Assembly: GCA_013265495.1 (NCBI GenBank)
Contig: MU058000.1
Location: 2,852,001 to 2,916,000 of the forward strand
Origin: Vicugna vicugna
Taxonomy: Eukaryota
Direction: 5' to 3'
Length of the DNA stretch: 64,000 nucleotides
In this document: piece after piece, positions 1 to 12,510 of the stretch
How the letters are laid out: each line of letters starts with the position of its first letter
How positions within the stretch are numbered: the first letter of the stretch is position 1
Made by a program: the position numbers and the translations under genes
The notes under the pieces: generated by a model
What the model was told of the DNA's origin: nothing
The model's database searches: none
Seen by the model: only the letters and a program-made list of their open reading frames with translations

Positions 1-59
1 ATACATGGGGCCTCCTTGCCGTAAATAGAACCCCCACCATATGCTGCTGCTACGGGGTC

Positions 60-400
60 TCGCAAGAGCTGTTTTTCCTCCCTCCTGGCTATTTCCCAGA
101 CACACCGTGGGTCCGACTCCCTCCACTTTCTCATTATTTAAACTCATTTTTAAACTGTTGTGCACTAGGATGCTCTTACTTCAAAACAGCTACTGCATCA
201 CTCTCTTTTACCGCTAGACAGCATTTCTCCCTTCATCCCATGATGCCTATTGTCCTGCTGATTTTGTGTATTTCCTGTCTGCCTGCCTGCGGCACTGCTG
301 GCATTATCAGCGCCAATCAGGGAGGGTTTTAAGTCCATGCTGTGCCTAGAACAGGGCTGGGCACCTTAGGGGCTCAGTAACAACTCGTGGACGATCCAAC
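60..400 (+). mobile_element. LINE-2 3' remnant
   Basis: Ends GTGCCTAGAACAGGGCTGGGCACCTTAGGGGCTCAGTAACAACTCGTGG, resembling the L2 3' terminus (gcctagcacagtgcctggcacatagtaggcgctcaataaat). Left boundary uncertain. Confidence 0.55.
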
Positions 401-632
401 TAAATTAGACATACCTAACTAAACAGGTTGACTGATGAAGGAAATTCTAGGACTAGGGGTCTGTCTTGCAGCCTTTTAGACCTAGATTCAGCTAAACTCA
501 ATGGATTTCTTCAAACATTCCAAATAAACAGAAATAAAGCATTGAAAATATCTATTGCCTGATGGATGTTTTTCCTTCTCTTGAAGGCCAAAAATTTAAA
601 TTAAATCAAGTTTAATTTAATTTAGAAGTACT

Positions 633-728
633 AAGAAAAGAAATATATGTATATATATGCATGACTGGGACATTATACTGTACGGCAGAAGCTGACACAT
701 TGTAACTGACTATACTTCAATTTTTAAA
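633..728 (+). mobile_element. 5'-truncated L1 3' tail (artiodactyl/camelid-type)
   Basis: TATATGCATGACTGGGACATTATACTGTACGGCAGAAGCTGACACATTGTAACTGACTATACTTCAA; similar to the copies at 17761 (-) and 31566 (+). Confidence 0.75.
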
Positions 729-1989
729 GTATACTGAAGTAATATGGGCATACAAATAAAAACAATTCCATCAGCTTATAATAGAGAGGAGATATGCTAG
801 TTAAATTCACCAAAGAGGCAAATAGACCACTCCTTAAAAATTACTTTTGTGCTCTTTATAAATTTATTATCTACTCATAGTTATGTACCTACTCTTATTT
901 CTTCAGCTACAAGAGTTAAGGGAAATACCCACACCCAAAACCCCACTGTGTTTCTTTAGATATTATTTATCGTTTATGATAAAAATAATCTCTAAAGATC
1001 GCTTCATATTCAAGTATTCCTGGGCATTATGAAAATTGTTTGTTTTGATTTTTCGCTTTAAAAAATTATGCTGCCTTTAATGGCACTCTGGCTAGTGGGA
1101 TCTTCACACTAATTCCATGCACACAAGGAGAAGAATGAAATGGAAATAATGACTCATGATAGTAATTTGTAGCTCACTGTGAAGTCTCTTGGCAGGATGT
1201 GTGTTCTTGTATCCCATAAACAGAGTTAAAAGCCGCATTGTATTCATATCCAGAGGGACCTAACTAATGTATTAGCAAATTATAATAATGGGAAAAATGG
1301 AAAAAGAGGGCTAATGTTGGCAACTGAGAATCACAGAAATGAGAGGAGAAATGCCCGTTATATGTTGGTTTCTAGACTAATGGGTGCTCAAGTTAGCTAA
1401 CAATAGGCAAATTACTTGAATATAGCAATAGTTGAATTTTGAAAGCCAATTAATCTAAAGAACCCTTTTAAGCTTGAGTTACTTACCATTAAGTGTAGGG
1501 CACTGTAAGTTTTGATGCCCTGTGGTTTCTTCGATCATTAAAGATGAAAAGTGCTTAAAAATCAATAGGACATATTGGTCTCATTATGCTTTCTGATCCA
1601 TGGCTAGAAATACTGATGGTATTACTATTACAGCTTTAATTACATTTATTCATTCATCATAGTGCTATATACAGGTGTGAATAGAATGTGTCTGAAAAAC
1701 ATAAATAGAAAAGACTGGAATATAATCTTAAATAGCACCAAGACAAAGATATTTACTGTTCTTCTCCAGGCTCACGGCTCATGCCATCTGACAAATCAGG
1801 AACCTCACTCGTTGCCTGGTTTGAGGAAGCATAAACTCGTGTTGGTCCCAATGTTGCCTGGGGAACGATGCTGACGGAGTACACACTCTTTCCTTTTTCT
1901 CTAAACTATGTGCATTCTCACATGTAGCTTCCACTCATTCTTTCCTGCCTTGTGGTCATTAAAGCTGTCCACAAATATTTGATTCTTTA

Positions 1990-2335
1990 TCTTCTTTTGG
2001 ACCTTTCCCATGGGTGAGAATTTATTCTGGACCATGTGTCTGGCATCAGCAAGAAGAATACAAAGAGAAGAGATGGTTGTTGCTTGTGACAAAGAGCGTT
2101 GAAGACTCAGTGCATACTTTGCCATTTGCAAAGCTTTCTTTTATCAGTCTAGAGGGAAAACATAGCCTCTTCAACCTGGTTCCTGCAGAATGGACCAAGA
2201 GAATGTGGCATTGAGAACCTTCCAACCTCTGATGCACATAGCATGAGCGAAAAGCAAACCTCTCTTGGTTTAAGCCAATGATGTATTAGCAGTATTTGGT
2301 ATCGCTGCATAACTTAACTTATCCTGAATGATTCC
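1990..2335 (+). mobile_element. MaLR solo LTR, old MLT1 (MLT1I/J-like)
   Basis: 3' end CATAGCATGAGCGAAAAGCAAACCTCTCTTGGTTTAAGCCAATGATG...GCATAACTTAACTTATCCTGAATGAT matches the MLT1 terminus pattern. Confidence 0.7.
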
Positions 2336-2805
2336 CTTAGTTACATCTGATCATCCAAATCTTGCCCAGAAACTTCTCAAAAGTCTCTTGGCCCCTATTT
2401 TTTTCTTGCCTTCTCTTCAATGACTCCCATGTTTTGTTCTATTTTTGAGAGAAGAATATATAATCCTAACTACCATGCATATAAGTTGTGCTAATAACAG
2501 ACCAATGGCCTACTGGGGGCGGACTTTTAGAAGGTCAGTAAATAGATTTAATATCCACCATGAAAAAAAAACTGAAGCAATTCGAAAGGTCACATCAAAA
2601 ATCTGAAGAAAGCTCTCCATGTCGATTTCTTTCCCTAATTAAAAACATCTAAACTGTCAACTTTTAATATCTATAAGGCTACATTTTCCCAACTGTGTAT
2701 ATTTTTTCAGTCTCAATAGACAGAGTTAAAGTAGCATGCTTGGTGTATGCACAGAGTTTGAAAACGTAGTATTTTCTGATTTTATTTTAGTATAATATAT
2801 TGTAA

Positions 2806-3150
2806 CTCTTTCAGCAATGTTTGTTGTGACCCTTCTGCGTTCAAGGTACTTGTCTAAGATGCTGGAAATAAGGCAGCGACCAAGCTAGATACAGCATCTG
2901 CTTCATGGAATAAATGTTCTAGAACAAGTAGGAGTCATTAAATAAACAGATATGTAATATGTTGAGTGATGATAAGTGATATGATAGGAAATACAGCATG
3001 TTAAGGCAGATAATGAGTCTCCATGATAGAACACGGTGGAGCGAATAGAACAGTTATTTTATAAAGATTTTTCAGGTCAGGTTTCTCTGAAAAGTGAAAT
3101 TTAAGCCAACTTCAGAAGCAAAAGAAATTGCAAATTCTGAAATTTTGGAA
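2806..3150 (-). mobile_element. LINE-2 3' remnant
   Basis: TTCAGCAATGTTTGTTGTGACCC...GTACTTGTCTAAGATGCTGGAAATAAGGCAGCGACCAAG resembles the antisense L2 end. Confidence 0.7.
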
Positions 3151-4139
3151 AGGCACCAATAAATACATAAAAGAAATTCAAGAAAGTAAAAAAAATAAGA
3201 AAAATAACCCATTCTCCAACTCATATTTAAACACTTTTGTGTTGACATCAGGGGTCTTAAAAATAAATATATTTGCATTTTTATTAATAATATATCATTA
3301 ATAGCTTTTTTTCCATTTCTATTAATAATTTTATTTTTAAAAGTCTGGAATGCATCTTTAACTATTAATGCTATGTAACACTTGAAGGTAGAATCATGAG
3401 AAACTTTTGCATTGTGTTTTTACATCTTTCTATTACTGAATATTTTAAGTTGGAAAACTCATAAGGTTTGAAAATACTCTTCTACAGGGTAATCATCAAT
3501 GATTTTACAGGATTCTATGATACAGCTAATTAGCTAAAACCAAGTTTATTTTATTAATCCACCATTATTGGATATTTAATCTTTCCAAAATGTTGGTGAA
3601 TAACAACATTTTAATGATTTTTATGATAAATGTATAATATACCAGCTACATTATAAGCCAATTAGACTTTCATGGACTAGCCTGGTAATATATAGTTTTG
3701 CATTCCATGGGAAAATTGTATTATGCATTCCCAGCCATTTATATAAAGAGTAACATTTGGAGCATAATCCATGTGTTAATTGTGTACCTTCTCTGCAATT
3801 AACTAATTTTACAACTTGAGCTGCTTCTATACATTGCCTGAATGTGTAGATAAAATATGTGTTAACCCCTAAATGACTAGGCTACATTGGGCATCATATG
3901 AAGCAAGAAGTGATACTTTTCATTTGAACAGTTTATGGCACTAATTAATAATCTGGACACTCAGATCACTTTTTCGGGGTGGGAGGGAGGGATTGAACTG
4001 ATGAAACACATCAAGTGAGTCCATGATTGAAGAAATCATAGGATACACGAGCCTCGGTGTTCTCGGCAACGTCCTGTGATAACTCGCCTTTCACCTTGGC
4101 TGCCTCGATTGCTTGTCTTTGTGTTCAAACACACCTGGA

Positions 4140-4320
4140 ACCACTTTTAACACAGAGCTTATCACATTGCATTGAAATTGCTCTGCTTCAGTATCTCGCA
4201 TGTATCTGTGAGATTCTTAAAATCAGCGACCACATATTTTCTCTGTGAAGTCACTACCTGTTAGCCCAGTGTTTTCAGCACTTGCCAGGTCCTCAAGAAA
4301 TGTTTACTGACGAGAAATAA
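4140..4320 (+). mobile_element. LINE-2 3' remnant
   Basis: CTGTGAGATTCTTAAAATCAGCGACCAC...TTAGCCCAGTGTTTTCAGCACTTGCCAGGTCCTCAAGAAATGTTTACTGA. Confidence 0.6.
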
Positions 4321-4899
4321 GATTGCCCAAAGGATGTCATGGAAGATGTTATGAATACCAGCGTTAGAATAATGGAGATACTTGCCCAGAAAAACAGTAA
4401 AATTTGAATAACGGGGGGAAATAGTGGAAAGAATGGCATTATCCAGCCTGGAAAACTGCATTTTTAACACTCAGATTGGAGTTCCCTTCTGCAGACAGGA
4501 CCACAGAGAGAGTGTTGGAATTGTGCCTGCAACACTGGAAAAGAAATAAAGTGATCTCTCTTCTCTTCCAACAATGGTATCTTCCCTTCCTCCATGAGAA
4601 GTAGTCCTATCTTATATACAAAACAGGTTTCACTTATAAGTAGACTGCAGCTAATACTCAAAACCTTCCACTTTTTCCCTCACGTCCTTTCACCATTCTT
4701 ACTACTTTTATCTGGAAAAGAAAAAGATGATAAAGAAATTTCAAAAATTATTTCATACAAATTGTGTGCACAGAATAGCTGCTAGGAATGCAAAGCTAAT
4801 ACAGAGTCCCCACCCCATCCCCATTGTGATACTATCTCAGGGAACCAGACGAGCACAACTCTCAGATCTTAGCGGCACTAGAGTAACTGATAATCCCCA

Positions 4900-5260
4900 T
4901 GGCTATGGTCTGCAATGTATCACTGTGTTTGCCTGGAGACCATTCTTCTCAAAGTCTACCCCCAACCCATGATTAAACATGGTAGAGGGGGAAATATTCC
5001 TGGAAGATGAGACATTCTTCCAGGGGACTTTGGCTTCGATGCCTCCCCAGTGGCCTTTCTGGACTTTCCAAAGACTGCACAACAGCTTAAGGATGTTCCA
5101 ACTCACCTTCCTTCCCTCACTCTTTCATTTAGGGTCAGACCTATAACATGATCGGATGGCTACCAGCCTTTCTGATTCTCTCTCCATTTTCTTTCACAGA
5201 TATTTCTCATAATAACACTCTTGCACATTTAATCCTGTCTGGTAAAGATCTGAGCAGCAA
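4900..5260 (+). mobile_element. ERVL solo LTR (LTR16-like)
   Basis: GGGTCAGACCTATAACATGATC...TTTCACAGATATTTCTCATAATAACACTCTTGCACATTTAATCCTGTCT resembles the LTR16 3' region. Confidence 0.6.
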
Positions 5261-5454
5261 ATAACAAAATATAACATAGATGGATACTATAATGACTTAT
5301 ATTTTATATATGTTTTATATCTCCATCTACTTATGGATCTATCAACCAAGTATCTATTCATCCATCTATCTACTTGTTTCAATGTATCCATGACTATCTT
5401 ATAAATATCTGGCAATGCCTGGTTTATCATATGTAGCAATTCTTCAAAGCTACA

Positions 5455-5903
5455 TGCATTAGTTTCCCTAGGGCTGCTGGAACAAAGTTCCACAAACTGG
5501 GTAGCTTAAATCAACAGAAGTGTACTCTCTCACAGTTCTGGAGTTTACAGGTCTTAAATTCAGGTGTCAGCAGGGCCACAGTTTTTCTGAAAGTTTAGAG
5601 GAGAATCCTTCCTTGCTTCTTCCTAGTTTTTTGATTTCCAGCAATCCTCGGTGTTTCTTGGCTTGAAGAGGCATCGTTCTAATTTCTGCCTCTGTCTTCA
5701 CATGGCCTTCTCCCCTGTGTGTCTCCTACCTGTATTTCTAAATTTCTCTTATTTTATAAAGTCAGTGATCACTGGATTAGGGCCTACGCTTCTTAACTTG
5801 ATCACTTACGTAAAGATCTTATTTCCAAATAAGGTCACAGTCACAGGTACCACCAGTTAGGAACTGGACACATCTTTTGGGGGACACAATTCTATCTATT
5901 GCA
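5455..5903 (-). mobile_element. MaLR solo LTR (MLT1C-like), near full length
   Basis: TGCATTAGTTTCCCTAGGGCTGCTGGAACAAAGTTCCACAAACTGGGTAGCTTAAA...CTCACAGTTCTGGAG...CCAAATAAGGTCACA...TTGGGGGACACAATTC. Confidence 0.85.
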
Positions 5904-6929
5904 CTGTGTGAGCTGGTTTTACTGCTTTTGCTGATGTTGCTACAATTGGCATGACTAGTCCAGATACTTCAAGAAATCTTTGCTACCCTGTTGCCAGCAG
6001 TCTGCTCCCTCTCAGTTCAGCCTGATGACCCCAGAGTACCCCCAAATTCCCAATCACCTTTAACTCAGTTAAACAGCATTTGCTCTATTCATACAGAGCA
6101 TGCATAACAGTGTGAGAAGCTAAACTGACAGCTAAATTAGCATGTTTTTCCTGAACTCATCAACGGAGGAACGATCCTGCCTCCCTACTTCCCCGCATGG
6201 TCTCTGCAAACATGAGGCACACGGAAGACAGTCTGGGCAGTTTTCATGGCATTTTTCTTTTGTTGCTCCTATTTCTGAGTCTTATCAGTGGGGAAATAAT
6301 GAAAGGGCATCCACAGGTTTAAGGCACACTGGAATTTGTGAACCTGGGAAAACAGATTTTTAAGGCTCATGGACCACATCGAAGTGTAATTCTAGGCAGA
6401 TAGTCTTTCTAATCCAATACATTGTGGTGCCTTTCCAGGATCTGGCACAACATGTGCACATAAAGGTGATAAATGGGAAACTCACATGGATTAAGAAAAC
6501 AGTTAATTCAATCATATTGTGCATTGTCTACACTTTAATACATGGGCCGATATTTGTATGTCTGTAATTATATCATGGAAAAGGCTTCTGTTACATGAAA
6601 GATGTTGCGCTAGTTGTTAAAATACAAACAGAAGAAAATCAGTGTCAATTTTAAATCCCTACTTCATGACAGGCTCTAATCTTGGCGCTTCTCAAACATT
6701 TGCTCTGTAATTTCCTAAGGCAAGTTGTTTTCAGTCGCTAACATTATCCATATTTCTTCATAAACTGAAAAGCAATTCAAAACAATTCAAAGCTTACACT
6801 TGGAAACCCATACCTTCCTCATCAAGGTAGAATTAGGCATGATTCTTGCCCATAAGTAGGTCATTTTGTTGTATGGGATGATTCCACAGTAACGTGGTTT
6901 CAAAGTCATATGAAAAGGTCCTTCATTTA

Positions 6930-7420
6930 CCCTCCTAAACATGCTCATCCTCAGCTTTCTTTGCCTGAGATGACGTCACCTTAGAAACCAGATGTGAAAA
7001 GAGTCCACACTGGTTCTTCTCTTTCCCTCTACATCCAATTCCAACCCAGCATAAAGCCTGCCAACTTCACTGCTAAAATATATTAGAAAGATGACCACTT
7101 CTCAGCTTCTCCTTGTGCCCACTGCATTCCATGTCTCCACTATTGTTCTGCCAGCATTACTACAATAGAAAACACCCTGGTCTCTTTGGCTTAATCTTAT
7201 TTCCACTACAGCTCACTCTACAAAAAAACATATAATTTAAAGGTTAGATTTCTAATATGTTAATCCTTAATAATCCTTAATAACTACATGCAGTGGAACT
7301 GTTATATTTGAAAGTCCATGGCAGAGAAAGGAAACGTCTTCTGACTGTTTGTGACTTCGTCATCTCAGAGCGTGATCAGAAGATTCCACATGCTGAGGAA
7401 CTCAATCAGTAATACATTAT
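6930..7420 (+). mobile_element. LINE-2 remnant (end of ORF2 / 3' UTR)
   Basis: Pyrimidine-rich L2-like tract (CTCTTTCCCTCTACATCCAAT...CCACTTCTC...CATTACTACAATAG...CCTGGTCTCT) followed by a decayed 3' end. Confidence 0.6.
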
Positions 7421-7468
7421 TTTCAACTTTAGTCTCTCCCATTTTATGCAGAGGTACACTGACCAACT

Positions 7469-7516
7469 ATTATATATATGTACGTATGTATGTATGTATG
7501 TGTACACACATATATG
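7469..7516. repeat. (TA)n/(TATG)n microsatellite
   Basis: TATATATATGTACGTATGTATGTATGTATGTGTACACACATATATG. Confidence 0.8.
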
Positions 7517-7602
7517 GATGTGGCTTTGACTTTTATTTATTTGTTTTATATACAGCCTCATGTAAACATAGATTATATATATACAAAATATATGTGTTAA
7601 AT

Positions 7603-7805
7603 ATATATATATGTACCTATAATTTATTTATATATTTTCATATTTGTACAATATGTATATCAATGTGTATAAAAAAGAGAGACAAGTAAAAAAGGATGTT
7701 AACAATATATGTGTACCTATAACTTATTTACATATGTTTATATTTGTACAATATGTATATCAATGTGTATAAAAAAGAGACAAATAAAAAAAAGAAGGAT
7801 GTTAG
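7603..7805. repeat. Two-copy tandem duplication, period 100 bp
   Basis: TGTACCTATAA at 7612 and 7712; TATTTGTACAATATGTATATCAATGTGTATAAAAAAGAGA identical at 7641-7680 and 7741-7780. Confidence 0.95.
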
Positions 7806-9171
7806 CATGTGTCAAACTGGTCACCTATGAAAATCTAAACCCATCTGGATTTGAATTAATATTTTTCCTCTCCTTTCTTTTGTAATTTACTGTCCAGATC
7901 CTGTGTTTAGTTATTAAAGAAAGAAAATGTTAACTTCCCATAAATCTACACGTGAGGGGAAAAGTTATCATAATACTTTATCTTCCAGGCCGAGAAATAT
8001 GACTACGCTAGCACTGTTCTGTGGGCTTGGCTTGTTTGCAACAGCAAAACAAGTTCCACGTGTCCTTTCTGCTCCATGCTCTGTACAAATATTTCTGGAT
8101 TTCCTTATAAGCTGCTGAACTGGCACAGATGCCTGGGTATTTGGAATGGGGTTTGCCTTCTTCATTGAGACTCATGGATTTAAATCTCCAGGACTGGCTT
8201 GAATATTGTGGATTTTTTTCTCTCCACCCCTGCCTAGCACTTTGAGAAGAGGTGAAATGGCATTGACCTTTAGGAAAGTGAAAGTGTTCATAGTCCCCCT
8301 TGGGCAGCAAGCCCCTGGGTCCCCATCAACAGCACAGTGACTCAGTAACTAGGTTCAGGGTATTTTTTTTTTAAAGGAGATGAATTAGAGAAATATAAAT
8401 AAGCTCTTTGGTATTTTTGCAGAGAAAATATTATAAACAAGTAGTTTTATAACATTATGGTGGAAATTATATCTACACAGTAAAACTACTAAATTACTTT
8501 TCCTCTGCAAAAATGTAGAGCAAAACAAAAATAGGATTCAAACTAATGCTTTAGTGAAACAACTGGGAACCATCTATTAGAGTCCAAATCTCATGAGAAG
8601 CAATGTTACTTCAGAATAAGTTTTGCTATTGATAATAAAAATGTCAACAATATTAGAAGCATAATTGTTAAACAAGACTTTCTTTCAATGACTATTATTA
8701 ATTTTTAAAGGTCAAAGTCAAATACTGTTTCCTTCTGCTGTTGGATAACCTCAGTACCCCAAATATCCATCAAATTCTAAAAAAGATTGGTGGCAAAGTA
8801 CTTAACTTCTCCACCTGGCAATTAAATAAAGAGGAGTTTTCAGGATGATAGAATTTCTCTGGTTAAGGTTATCATAGCTGAGGAAACAACACATTGGTGG
8901 TGTTTTCAATAGAGGAGTAATTTGTGCCTTAATTGTAGAAGAATGAAAACAAAGACTATAAAGCAGCTGAGGGGGGTCCTTGAGAAGCGTAGAGATCAAG
9001 TATTCTACTGTGTTCAGGAAAGCCTTAGTTTTCTTAAGTGAAAGGTAGAATTTGTACTTCGTACCCAGCAGGTTAAAAGATTAATATGGTTGAAGGAAAA
9101 TCCTTAAATTTATATTTTGCTAGCACGTATCCTGTTTAGGTAGTGACACAGTTTGTAGGAAAAGTGGCAGG

Positions 9172-9400
9172 TACCATTTACTAAGTCTCTGAGCACTTCG
9201 TTACCCTAGGTCTTCTACGTGCATTTTAAACACTCAAGAGTCTCACAAGAATTAATGTTTCTATCAAGGAACTGTGTGTGTTACTGTCCCCATCCTATAA
9301 ATGAGGAAAATGAGTCACAAATTGTTCTCATTCCTGAACAGTGTAAGAGTTCAAGGAGTTTTTCGAGTGCCCAAAACAGTCTTCTTTCCGACATGCTAGT
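9172..9400 (-). mobile_element. MIR SINE
   Basis: Core TGTCCCCATCCTATAAATGAGGAAAATGAG, antisense to the MIR core ctcagtttcctcatctgtaaaatgggga. Confidence 0.75.
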
Positions 9401-9879
9401 CTCCCAGGGAGCATAAATAGTGAAAAGTGAACACTTACCACCAGTAATCTGACTAGAATTTTCTCTCTGAAGCCACACTTTGTGTTAGGTTGGCCTAGGT
9501 TGACCAAATGTAACTATTTGGGAATCATACACATATAGCCTAAAGCAAACATTAATGACAGAAATAGTAGGTTTTCCATAGTTTAAGCTTTTTTTTTTTT
9601 TTTTTTGGTTTTTGGGGGGGAAATACATGAAAAATAAAATCAAATCATTGTTTAACTTGGCCAGAATCAATGAGGAAGCCATTAGGATAGTGGTATTGAA
9701 ATCTCAATTTTTAACTCTCAAGTGTTTAGTTTAAAAACTTGGGGCTCTTTAGGGGGGTATCATCAAAAACTTTCTACAATTGAAAATAATTTATTTTCTA
9801 CAATGTGGCCTGTGAGGTATCTTTTTCTACATGGTGACATGGCAGGATATAACCAAATGTATACCAAACTGCTTTGGGC

Positions 9880-9990
9880 ACTAAAAAGAGCTAGGTTTGA
9901 ATTCTCTCTTAAACACATTGTGATTTAAACAATTTGTGACTCAGTTTCTTCATCCATAAGATGGGGACGATAACATACATCTGATATTTT
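9880..9990 (+). mobile_element. MIR SINE
   Basis: GCTAGGTTTGAATTCT...CTCAGTTTCTTCATCCATAAGATGGGGACGATAA. Confidence 0.75.
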
Positions 9991-11694
9991 AGGAAGACAG
10001 GGCAGTTAGTTGTAGAGAAAAATCTTAAATATTATTTTAATATGTGTGTGTGTTCCTTCGTAATGTTCAATCTGTGCAGTCACATTGTACTTCCCAAATA
10101 ATGACACAAATTGTTCGACTTGCTCCACTTTAGTTCTGAATTTTTTGTTGACCATTTGACTCATACCAGCCTCATAGTAGGACAGGAAGAGAAATACGCT
10201 GTTCCTTGGGAAACTCCTGCCATGTTACAAAAACATGAATATGGCAGAGGCTGTAAGTTAACTTTGAAAGTGCGCTGATAAGCTTTGAATTATTTATCTG
10301 TGAAATGTGAAACATGTGTGGGTAGCTGCTTGCTGGACAACTGCTCTAAATCTTTAGTCCAGTATCACTGAGCCTTGCCCTTGGTGATTTGGAGAAATTA
10401 AAAGGTAAGATTTCTACTTACTGGAAATAAGTCTTGAACTGGCTTCGCGTGTCTCTATTTTGGTCTGGCACACATTTACTGGAAGGTCTAATCATAACCT
10501 CTGAAGAAATTCAGAATAAGGAAATAACATGATATTATCATTATCTCCATTACAGAAACTGGCCTAAATAGCGTGATAGTGATACCTTGTTGGAGCCAGG
10601 AGTGTGTGTGTATGTGTGCGTACGTGCACATGTGTATATAGACAGACACCTATGTAATGCGTCAGTATGTATTTCAAGGATACACATCTGTGTGCACTTC
10701 AGAATACCATGACCTCATCATTACACCCATATAGGGGAGAAAACAGCAAACAACCATCTTTTGAAAGTTTGGGCAAATTAGTAATTAGATACAGTTTAAA
10801 ATTTTACAAAGAAATTAATTTACTTGTTTCAATTTGAGATTGGGGTTAAATCGTTCTATATTCCACAACTATAGAATCGTGAACACAGGGTTCTCGTCAT
10901 GGATTTTCTTCCTGCTTATTGGTCCCTTGGTCCATGCCGTCACCAACTGGACTTTTAAGAAGAATCGAGTGTGGAAAATCTCTTAACAGGTAAAATGTCA
11001 TTTGCCTGGTTATGGGTCCTATTTGGTGTAAACTGAAATTTTGTCCATCATCACTTCCCTTGACAAAATAAAAATGTCTAGAAAGGGCCAGTGTCATGGA
11101 TCTCTAAATTTCAAAAGTGATTACATCCTTTTGTTATGTTTCCTGCAAAAGCCCAGGTTTATACTGATGAACTTCAGTATCTTTGAGCTCTTGACCCTTT
11201 AGAACTGAACAGGCTTAGACAGGAATCATCAACAAGTCGTATCGAAGAGGCAAAAAGAGCTGGACAAGATGAGAAGTCTCAAGGCCATTTCTTTATAGGC
11301 TCACAGTCCAACGATCCTCCTCTGTGATCTTTCATATGTGTTTCAGCCATGTGAACACTGAAGTTCAATACTAGTAGTGTCCCCACCTGGATAATTTGTT
11401 CCAGAGAAAACCCAAGTTGTTTAAAACACTCTGTAGAAGTCCATCCACAGTTGAATGTCACATAATAAAATTTCATGAATTTTATTACAGATTTCTAAGT
11501 TTCTTCTCTTAACAGACAACATGATATATTTCACTTGTCAAAATGAGCTTTCAAGTATTGGAAAGTCAATAAAATTAGGTAGGGTGTGGAAAGAAATCCT
11601 AGACTCACGAAATCAAAGTCTATTATGTATTCTAAGTGTCATGCCTAAATGTCAGAGTATGTCACATGCTGCAGTCGTGCTGCTTATGTAGGAA

Positions 11695-11860
11695 TGACAG
11701 TGACCATTTCTGAGCACCTACCCTGCAGCATGTTTTACAATCATGCACGTTACTGGCAAGGCGATTTTATAATCTTACAAATTTGGCTGCCCTCAAACCT
11801 CATGAACAGAGAATGGGCTGAACTCAGATTTTCTGACACTGGGACCCACGCCTTTCCCAA
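11695..11860 (-). mobile_element. MIR SINE remnant
   Basis: GACCATTTCTGAGCACCTACC...GAACTCAGATTTTCTGACACTGGGACCCACGCCTTT. Confidence 0.55.
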
Positions 11861-12044
11861 GACAGCAGGTAGCCCCTTATGACACTGGAGTGTCAGGCAA
11901 ATGCAGGACTCAGAGTCAATTCTTTTTGCTTCAGAAAAGATCACCTGAACAAGTGTCTACTGGCACAGGAACGGGATTCTCAAGGTCACATAGCTAAACA
12001 TAAATGTGTCGTTTCCTATTCCTCTTTGAATTTTTAATTCAAAG

Positions 12045-12085
12045 TTTAATTCAAGTTCGGAATCTTTTAATTCAAGTTCAGAATC
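12045..12085. repeat. Short tandem duplication, period 21
   Basis: TTTAATTCAAGTTCGGAATC / TTTAATTCAAGTTCAGAATC, with a partial third unit just upstream. Confidence 0.85.
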
Positions 12086-12419
12086 CAGATCACTTTAACC
12101 TTTACGTTTCCCGATCTCTCAGAGCTCAGACATCCTGTGACAGACAATCTAGACATCATTTGTATTCTAAAGACTGGTTCGTAGTGCTTTGGTTGTTCCA
12201 TTGAAGGGGTGATTGTTTTTAAAGTTAGGAGCCCTTTGCTAATTATCCTTTACATATCCCACCTGACCCTAGCTCCCAAAAGGGTATGCGAGATGCATGT
12301 AATAAATGTGATGAATATCATTACTGTAACATGCGATGTAAGTATTTATGATAATTTTATGTAATTGCACTACTGTTTACAAAGAAATGGATTTGGGAAA
12401 AATAATTTCTTCTCATGGC

Positions 12420-12510
12420 TGTTCTGCTAACACCTAGTGAAGTCTTGGATGTGTCATATACATTTTCAAGACCTCAGTTTTCTTGTCAGTGGAATGGGAA
12501 TACTGTTACA
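12420..12510 (+). mobile_element. MIR core remnant
   Basis: CCTCAGTTTTCTTGTCAGTGGAATGGGAATA. Confidence 0.55.

Noticed and set aside
10875..10986. Transmembrane-like peptide IVNTGFSSWIFFLLIGPLVHAVTNWTFKKNRVWKIS
   Set aside because: No start codon in frame, the upstream candidate exon has a stop in the joining frame, and I recognise no homologue.
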